Assembly (NCBI GenBank): GCA_965648935.1
Contig: CBFGIY010000020.1
Coordinates: forward strand, 1 to 32,034
Length of the DNA: 32,034 bases
Reading direction: 5' to 3'
DNA from: a candidate division WOR-3 bacterium
GTDB taxonomy: Bacteria; Hydrothermota; Tepidihabitantia; Tepidihabitantales; Tepidihabitantaceae
Of the stretch, positions 26,174-32,034 are shown in pieces. The notes below the pieces were generated by a model, which was not told the DNA's origin, did no database searches, and saw nothing but the letters and a program-made list of their open reading frames with translations. Made by a program: the position numbers and the translations under genes. Each line of letters begins with the position of its first letter. Positions within the stretch are counted from its first letter, which is position 1.

Positions 26174-27613
26174 CTAGTACGTCCGCGCGTAGTAGATGCG
26201 CGTGGAGGTGTCTTTGCCGCAGACGATGCAGTGGCCAGGATGGTTTTGCTCGTTCAGCGGCATGTTGCGCGGGGTGGTTCTGGTTTCCTCGATGAGCCTG
26301 TTCTCGCAGTCCTGTGAGCCGCACCAGTGGACGCGGACAAGGCCGGGCCGGGCGGCCTGGCTGGCCTTGAATTCTTCGATGGTGGTGGCGTCTGTGGTTA
26401 CACTCTGCATCCAGGCGCGGCCGCGCTCGAGCAGACCGCTCTGAACGTCGTCGAGCGCTGTCCGAACTTCCTCAGCAATCTGGGCGAACTGGATGAAGCG
26501 TTTGCCCGAGCCGTCGCGGGGGATGAGCACGGCCCCGCCCTTCTGGACGTCCCTGGGGCCTATCTCTATGCGCAGGGGCACGCCGCGCATCTCGTACTCG
26601 TTGAACTTCCAGCCGGCGGTGAACTGGGTCCGGTCGTCCAGTTTGACGCGGAACGAAGATAGCAGGCCGAGGGCCTCGCGGCACCTGGCGATGACCTCTT
26701 CGTCGTTCTTGCCGAAGAGTATCGGCACGATGACGGCCTGTATGGGCGCGACGCGGGGAGGGAGAAACAGGCCCTTGTCGTCGCCGTGGGCCATTATCAG
26801 GCCGCCGATGAGCCGAGTGGACACTCCCCAGCTCGTGCCCCAGGGCCGCTTCTCGGTGTTGTCTTCGTCGAGGTAGCGGATGTCGAAGGCTTCGGCAAAG
26901 TGCTGGCCGAGGTCGTGGGAGGTGCCGGCCTGCAGGGCCTGGCCGTCGGGCATCAGCGCTTCGATTGAGTAAGTGCGCACAGCACCCGGGAACTTCTCGC
27001 TCTCGGGTTTGACCCCGGCGATGACCGGGAAGCCGAGGTCGCTTTCAACGAAGTCGACGTAGATGTCGAGTATGCGCAGAGCTTCCTCGTGGGCCTCATC
27101 GTGGGTGCGGTGCAGGGTGTGGCCTTCCTGCCACAGGAATTCAAGCGTGCGTAGAAACAGCCGCGTGGCTTTTTCCCAGCGGAAGATGTTGCACCATTGG
27201 TTGATGAGAACGGGCAGGTCGCGGTAGCTCTTGACCCACTTGGCGTACATCGTGTTGATGATGGCTTCGGAGGTAGGGCGCAGGGCGAGGCGTTCGGTGA
27301 GGTCGGAATCGCCGCCGCGGGTGACCCATGCTACCTGGGGCGCGAATCCCTTCACGTGTTCGGCTTCCTTGATAAGGAAGCTTTCGGGGATGAGGGTCGG
27401 AAAGTAGGCGTTGACGTGGCCGGTTGCCTTGAACCGGGCGTCAAGTCGGGCCTGCATGTTCTCCCACAGGGCGAAGCCGTAGGGGCGGATGACCATACAG
27501 CCGCGCACCGGGGCGTAGTCGGCAAGCTCGGCCTTCAGGACGACCGCGGTGTACCAGTCAGAGAACGCCTCGGACTTGGAGGGGATTTCGCGAACCTGGC
27601 CTGCTTCTTTCAT
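26174..27613 (-). CDS. proS: proline--tRNA ligase, archaeal/eukaryotic type
   Basis: FSDWY, VRGCMVIRPYG, LRPTSE, FLRTLEFLWQEGHT, ALQAGTSH.LGQ.F, SWGVSTRLIG; C-terminal Cys cluster and YYARTY; start at ATG 27613. Confidence 0.96.
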   Translation of the reverse strand: MKEAGQVREIPSKSEAFSDWYTAVVLKAELADYAPVRGCMVIRPYGFALWENMQARLDARFKATGHVNAYFPTLIPESFLIKEAEHVKGFAPQVAWVTRGGDSDLTERLALRPTSEAIINTMYAKWVKSYRDLPVLINQWCNIFRWEKATRLFLRTLEFLWQEGHTLHRTHDEAHEEALRILDIYVDFVESDLGFPVIAGVKPESEKFPGAVRTYSIEALMPDGQALQAGTSHDLGQHFAEAFDIRYLDEDNTEKRPWGTSWGVSTRLIGGLIMAHGDDKGLFLPPRVAPIQAVIVPILFGKNDEEVIARCREALGLLSSFRVKLDDRTQFTAGWKFNEYEMRGVPLRIEIGPRDVQKGGAVLIPRDGSGKRFIQFAQIAEEVRTALDDVQSGLLERGRAWMQSVTTDATTIEEFKASQAARPGLVRVHWCGSQDCENRLIEETRTTPRNMPLNEQNHPGHCIVCGKDTSTRIYYARTY

Positions 27614-27621
27614 CGTGGGCA

Positions 27622-27649
27622 ATGCTAGCGGTGCGCGGGCGAGAGTCAA
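27622..27649 (-). promoter_or_regulatory. proS promoter (leaderless or near-leaderless)
   Basis: Minus strand TTGACT (27649-27644), 16 bp, TAGCAT (27627-27622), 8 nt, then ATG 27613; no SD. Confidence 0.65.
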
Positions 27650-27695
27650 GGCAACCGGCCGAGCGCGTGGGGGATGCAGCGCCTGCGAATCCTGC

Positions 27696-27723
27696 TTGAC
27701 ACCCGGGCAGGGGGTGCTAGACT
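27696..27723 (+). promoter_or_regulatory. promoter of the secreted Kelch protein gene
   Basis: TTGACA (27696-27701), 16 bp, TAGACT (27718-27723). Confidence 0.7.
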
Positions 27724-27821
27724 TCCTCCCGTGGGCAGTGGCCCACTCAGCCGGCGCTAATCAGACCGAACAAGGTCAGGATTACGCTTGAGGCAAGCAG
27801 ATACAAACCAAGGAGGACAGA

Positions 27822-30221
27822 GTGAAGAGCAGTGCAATACTGCTTGGGCTGCTGATGAGCCTTGCGCTTGCAGTAAGCCCCACGTCGCTGACCGCCCCGC
27901 AGACCTCGGTCACGGCTGACGTCGACCAGGCCGCTCAGGGCCGGGTGCCCTACGGCCAGTTCGCCACCGACGTCGAGTGGGATACGGTCTGGAAGCAGAA
28001 CATCGAGATGGGTGGCGGCGTCTACAACGTGGGCGTCACCGACGTGCAGGATACCCTGATGTGGGTATCGGCCGGGCAGACCCAGCTCAAGATCTACCGC
28101 TGGCGGATTGACCCGACCCGCACTTTCATCGACAGCTTCCCGCAGACCGGCGGCCCCTCGGGCTGGGGCGTCCGCGACATGGCCTACGACGAGGCGACCG
28201 ATTACGTGTACGCCGGTTTTGACGGCGGCCGCTACCACGTGTACAACGCGACCACGATGGTCCCGGTGAACACCTACACGGTTTCCGGCTTCTCGGGCAC
28301 GGTCCGCGCGATGGCACACCACCCGCTTGAGGATTCGCTGTGGACCGCGAACTTCTCCAGCAACCCGATGTGGAAGTTCTCGGTGACCGGCACGAATGGC
28401 CATCAGGTCAAGCCTGCGGCCCAGATGGGTTCCTGCTACGGCCTCGCCTGGGACCCGCTGAACAACTGCTTCTGGTCGACCAACGCCGGCGCGTCCGGCG
28501 CCAGCCCGATGTGGAAGATCGACTACCCGAGCTACACCGTGTCGGATAGCTTCAACCCGGCCGGCTGGGACCTGGGTGGCGGCTGCGAAATGTGGCGCGA
28601 CAACTATCTGCTTGCCCTCGAGCAGGCCACGCCGGATATGGTGTGGTGCATCCGCATCGGCGGCAGCGCGCCGATCGGCCACGACCTTGCGATGGCGGCC
28701 ATCCTTGCCCCGAGCGGCAACGTGATGCCGGGCGCAATCGCCCCGCGCGGCCGCATCCAGAACCTCGGCACCAACCCCGAGAGCAACTTCCCGGTCACTT
28801 GCTGGATCGACTCGGGCGCGACCCGCGTCTACAACTCGACTTACACTTACACCGGTACGCTCAACCCGGGCGCGACCGCCGAAGTGACGTTCACGCCGAA
28901 CTGGACTGCGGTCGGCGGCTCCTACAACGTCACGATGTTCACCAACCTGACCGGCGACGAGCGTCGCTCGAACGACACGCTGCGCACCACCGTGACCGTG
29001 ACCGCCGCGGTCTGGGAGACCATCCCGCAGCCGCCGGCCAACCAGGACCGGCTCGCCCACGCCGTGGTCTATGACCCGCTCGGCGACAAGCTGTACATGA
29101 TCGGCGGCAACCCGGCCGGCCAGTCCGGCACCTACCTGACTGCCAACTACGAGTACAACCCGGCCACGCGGACCTGGGCCACCAAGGCCTCGATGCCGAC
29201 GGCACGCGGCTGGCTGGCTGGCTCGGTCGTTGACGGCAAGATCTACATCATCGGTGGCCACAACAACTCGGGGCAGGCGATCGCCACCAACGAGTGCTTC
29301 GACATCGCCGCGAACACCTGGTCGACCCGCACCGCTCGTCCGCGCATCGGGCTTGCCGCGGCCGAAGTGGTCTGGCGCGACTCGCTCATCTACGTGCTCG
29401 GCGGCAACAACGCCTCAACCGGGTTCAATAACGTTGACATCTACGATGCCACTGCTGATGCGTGGTCGGTGGGTACCGCCCTGCCCTTCCCGCTGTTCAT
29501 GGGCTCGGCTGGCATCATTGGCGACACCATCTTCATCGCGCAGGGCTATAACAACTCCGCGTGCTGGCCCAACCTGTACAAGGGCGTCATCAACCCGGCG
29601 AATCCGACCCAGATTACCTGGACCGCCGGCCCGACGCTGGCTGAGCCGGTGTTCAACGGCGGCACAGCCGTCATCGGCGGCGACGTGTACTGGCTGGGCG
29701 GGTTCATCAACGCCGCCACTGTGACCAACAAGTGGTGGAAGTACAGCACCGCGACGGGTGCCGTGACGGCGCAGTCGCCGCTTTACCCGGTCACGCTCGC
29801 GCGCTGCAACTTCATGGCGTCGCGTCCGTCGACTTCCGAGTTGTACGTCCTGGCCGGTGACATGGCCGGTGACTGGACTACCCCGAACCGTCAGTACTGG
29901 AAGATCTCCCTCGCACCGCAGGCAGTCGCCGAGACGCCTGCGGCCAACCTAGCCGTGGTCGCCGACGCGCAGACCTTCGTGCGCGGCGCGGGTCGCGTGA
30001 GCTTCAGCCTGGCCAAGGCGGGCAACGTGAACCTGAGCGTGTTCAACACCAGCGGCCGCCTGGTCACGACTCTGGTCAATGGCACCATGGGTGCCGGTAA
30101 CCAGACCGTGAGCTGGAACGGCACCGACGCCAACGGGCGCCGCGTTGCCGGCGGGACCTACTTCTACCGCCTGACCGTCGACGGCCAGACCGCGTCGACC
30201 AAGGCGATAGTCCTCAACTAG
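27822..30221 (+). CDS. secreted multidomain protein: N-terminal beta-propeller-like region, CARDB-like Ig domain, Kelch repeats, FlgD-Ig/T9SS-CTD-like C-terminal domain
   Basis: AGGAGG (27811-27816) then GTG; signal peptide MKSSAILLGLLMSLALA; HDLAMAAILAP...NLG...NDT Ig motif; Kelch repeats (LYMIGG, IYIIGG, IYVLGG, VYWLGG); tail VFNTSGRLV...WNGTDANGRRVAGGTYFYRL...TKAIVLN. Confidence 0.88.
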   Translation: MKSSAILLGLLMSLALAVSPTSLTAPQTSVTADVDQAAQGRVPYGQFATDVEWDTVWKQNIEMGGGVYNVGVTDVQDTLMWVSAGQTQLKIYRWRIDPTRTFIDSFPQTGGPSGWGVRDMAYDEATDYVYAGFDGGRYHVYNATTMVPVNTYTVSGFSGTVRAMAHHPLEDSLWTANFSSNPMWKFSVTGTNGHQVKPAAQMGSCYGLAWDPLNNCFWSTNAGASGASPMWKIDYPSYTVSDSFNPAGWDLGGGCEMWRDNYLLALEQATPDMVWCIRIGGSAPIGHDLAMAAILAPSGNVMPGAIAPRGRIQNLGTNPESNFPVTCWIDSGATRVYNSTYTYTGTLNPGATAEVTFTPNWTAVGGSYNVTMFTNLTGDERRSNDTLRTTVTVTAAVWETIPQPPANQDRLAHAVVYDPLGDKLYMIGGNPAGQSGTYLTANYEYNPATRTWATKASMPTARGWLAGSVVDGKIYIIGGHNNSGQAIATNECFDIAANTWSTRTARPRIGLAAAEVVWRDSLIYVLGGNNASTGFNNVDIYDATADAWSVGTALPFPLFMGSAGIIGDTIFIAQGYNNSACWPNLYKGVINPANPTQITWTAGPTLAEPVFNGGTAVIGGDVYWLGGFINAATVTNKWWKYSTATGAVTAQSPLYPVTLARCNFMASRPSTSELYVLAGDMAGDWTTPNRQYWKISLAPQAVAETPAANLAVVADAQTFVRGAGRVSFSLAKAGNVNLSVFNTSGRLVTTLVNGTMGAGNQTVSWNGTDANGRRVAGGTYFYRLTVDGQTASTKAIVLN

Positions 30222-30239
30222 CCCCGCGGTCAGTCACTT

Positions 30240-30271
30240 GCGGAACCGCCCTTCGGGGCGGTTCCGCTTCT
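30240..30271 (+). terminator. intrinsic terminator-like hairpin
   Basis: 12-bp perfect stem GCGGAACCGCCC-TTCG-GGGCGGTTCCGC followed by TTCT. Confidence 0.75.
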
Positions 30272-30286
30272 GTGGAGCCAGTGGTG

Positions 30287-30314
30287 TTGACTTCGATGGG
30301 CAACGGGCTAGACT
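30287..30314 (+). promoter_or_regulatory. rocD promoter
   Basis: TTGACT (30287-30292), 16 bp, TAGACT (30309-30314). Confidence 0.7.
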
Positions 30315-30348
30315 TGCGTTCCGCCCGAAGCTCTGAAAGGAGTCCACT

Positions 30349-31545
30349 TTGAATACTGCCGAGCATATCGCATTGGCCGAGAGACACAGCGCCCGTAACT
30401 ACCTGCCCCTGCCTGTGGTGCTCTCCCGCGGTGAGGGGGTCTGGGTCGAGGATGTCGAGGGCAAGCGCTATATGGATATGCTGTCGTCCTACTCGGCGCT
30501 CAACCAGGGCCATCGTCATCCCAGGATTGTCGCGGCGATGCGCGAGCAGATGGACCGGCTCTGCCTGACCTCGCGCGCGTTCCATCACGACACATTCGGC
30601 GTCTTCTGTGAGACGATCACGCGCGTCTGCGGCTACGACCGGGTGCTGCTGATGAATACCGGGGCCGAGGCGTGCGAGACCGCCATCAAGGCGGCCCGAC
30701 GCTGGGGCTATCTGAAGAAGGGCGTGGCGCCGGACAAGGCCGAGATAATCGTCTGTCGGAACAACTTCCACGGCCGCACCACGACGATCGTCGGCTTCTC
30801 GACCGAGGAGTTGTACCGTGACGGCTTCGGTCCCTTTGCACCGGGATTCGTCATTATCCCGTACAATGACGTACCTGCTTTAGAGGCCGCCATCACTCCG
30901 AACACCGTGGGCTTCTTCGTGGAGCCGATTCAGGGAGAGGCAGGCATCGTAGTGCCGGCCGATGGCTACATGGCTGCCGCACGCGATGTCTGTCGCTCGC
31001 ACAACATTCTGCTGATGGCCGACGAGATACAGACGGGATTCGGACGCACCGGCCGGCTCTTCTGCTGCGATCATGATGGCGTCAAGCCGGACATACTCAC
31101 CGTCGGCAAGGCATTGGGCGGCGGCTGCTTTCCGGTATCGGGCGCACTGGCGTCGGATGAGATAATGAGCGTCTTCGTGCCCGGCAACCACGGCTCGACC
31201 TTCGGCGGCAACCCGCTCGCCTGCGCGGTGGGCAAGGCTGCGGTCGAGGTCGTGGTTGAGGAACGGTTGAGCGAGAACTCGGCCGCGCTTGGAGCATACC
31301 TGCGCGAGCAACTCCTGGCGCTGGATTCACCCCACGTCGCAGAGGTACGGGGTCGGGGTCTGTTCGTTGGTGTTGAGATCCGGCGGGAGTCAGGACCGGC
31401 CCGGCCGTTCTGCGAGCGGCTGATGGCGTTGGGCATTCTGGCCAAGGAGACACACGGCACGGTCATCAGGCTTGCGCCGCCACTGACGATCACCCGCGAG
31501 GAGATCGACTGGGCTCTAGAACGCCTCAGCGACGTGCTGAGGTAG
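30349..31545 (+). CDS. rocD: ornithine--oxo-acid transaminase
   Basis: AAAGGAG SD then TTG; NYLPLPVV, DMLSSYSALNQGHRHP, MNTGAEACETAIK, EPIQGEAG, DEIQTG, GKALGGG, HGSTFGGNPL. Confidence 0.93.
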   Translation: MNTAEHIALAERHSARNYLPLPVVLSRGEGVWVEDVEGKRYMDMLSSYSALNQGHRHPRIVAAMREQMDRLCLTSRAFHHDTFGVFCETITRVCGYDRVLLMNTGAEACETAIKAARRWGYLKKGVAPDKAEIIVCRNNFHGRTTTIVGFSTEELYRDGFGPFAPGFVIIPYNDVPALEAAITPNTVGFFVEPIQGEAGIVVPADGYMAAARDVCRSHNILLMADEIQTGFGRTGRLFCCDHDGVKPDILTVGKALGGGCFPVSGALASDEIMSVFVPGNHGSTFGGNPLACAVGKAAVEVVVEERLSENSAALGAYLREQLLALDSPHVAEVRGRGLFVGVEIRRESGPARPFCERLMALGILAKETHGTVIRLAPPLTITREEIDWALERLSDVLR

Positions 31546-31564
31546 CGGGTGCGGGCCGGTCGGC

Positions 31565-31593
31565 TTGACTTTGCCCAGGCACTTGCGTATAAG
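31565..31593 (+). promoter_or_regulatory. folP promoter (probably leaderless)
   Basis: TTGACT (31565-31570), 17 bp, TATAAG (31588-31593), 5 nt, then GTG 31599; -10 lacks the final T. Confidence 0.45.
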
Positions 31594-31598
31594 TTGCC

Positions 31599-32034
31599 GT
31601 GCGGGCGCTGGTACTGCGTAACCGAAACGACCTCGATGCCGAGCTTGAGCGCGTCGGGGCGGACAGGTGTTGCTGGCAGCTGTTCGCAGACAAGTCCGAG
31701 GTAGTGGCCTTCAAGCTCGACGGCCTCTCGGTCGCGGCAGCTAACATCCTGAAACAGACTGCTCTCATCTGCGGTGCCGACTGCGCGGTCCACCGCGATG
31801 CGATATCAGGCCGTGTCCGCAGAAGTGATGCACTGCTGATGGGCACGCCGCGGCAGCTTGCCGCCGTTGCGGCCCGGCTTGATGACCAGCCCGATTGCGT
31901 GGCTCGCCTCGCTCCGCAACTGAGAGCGCAGCTCAGGCAACGGGGTGAGCCGCCGCGCTGGCAAGTGGGCAGCAGGCTGATTGATCTTTCCAGCCGCATC
32001 CACTTGATGGGAGTGCTCAACGTAACGCCCGATT
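31599..32034 (+). CDS. folP: dihydropteroate synthase with N-terminal extension (partial, runs off the right edge; absent from the ORF track)
   Basis: Hand translation from GTG 31599 is open to the window end: MRALVLRN...AANILKQTALICGADCAV...LMGT...HLMGVLNVTPD. MGxLNVTPDS is the DHPS N-terminal signature. Confidence 0.9.
   Translation, partial: MRALVLRNRNDLDAELERVGADRCCWQLFADKSEVVAFKLDGLSVAAANILKQTALICGADCAVHRDAISGRVRRSDALLMGTPRQLAAVAARLDDQPDCVARLAPQLRAQLRQRGEPPRWQVGSRLIDLSSRIHLMGVLNVTPD

Noticed and set aside
25916..26324. ORFs 25916..26317(+) and 25962..26324(-)
   Set aside because: Both overlap the proS 3' end and show no motif or convincing RBS
27747..29261. 504-aa minus-strand ORF
   Set aside because: Antisense shadow of the Kelch protein gene
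1..32034. CRISPR arrays, transposases, integrases, prophage or defence genes
   Set aside because: None seen; the PglZ domain is part of a PorX-type regulator and no other BREX genes are present

Overview
GC-rich bacterial core-genome window from a diderm (BamD, an Omp85-type protein, and a PorX-like regulator). A secreted Kelch protein with a FlgD/T9SS-CTD-like tail suggests an FCB-associated lineage such as candidate division WOR-3; this is inference, not a database result. Two long minus-strand gene runs dominate: mreB-mreC-mreD-mrdA-rodA-rlmN-fabD-GDT1-truD-metallopeptidase/propeller/Omp85, and divIVA-punA-bamD-nadD-yajC-def-fmt-PASTA-rpe-ffh. The window also holds a degenerate RmuC, a PLP transsulfuration lyase, a histidine kinase coupled to a REC-PglZ (PorX-like) regulator, archaeal-type ProRS, rocD, the 5' part of a long-form folP and a small GIY-YIG-like protein. 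No mobile element, CRISPR array, tRNA or rRNA was seen. The most notable signals are regulatory: a self-contained ~60-nt small-RNA unit (12453-12512), a recurring TTGAC(A/T)-N16-(C)TAGNNT promoter geometry, several apparently leaderless genes, a probable CTG start for bamD, and orphan tandem NrdR-box-like sites. Protein-level oddities are apparently inactivated RmuC and GIY-YIG nuclease folds and a duplicated RlmN catalytic motif. All calls were made by eye; no searches were run.
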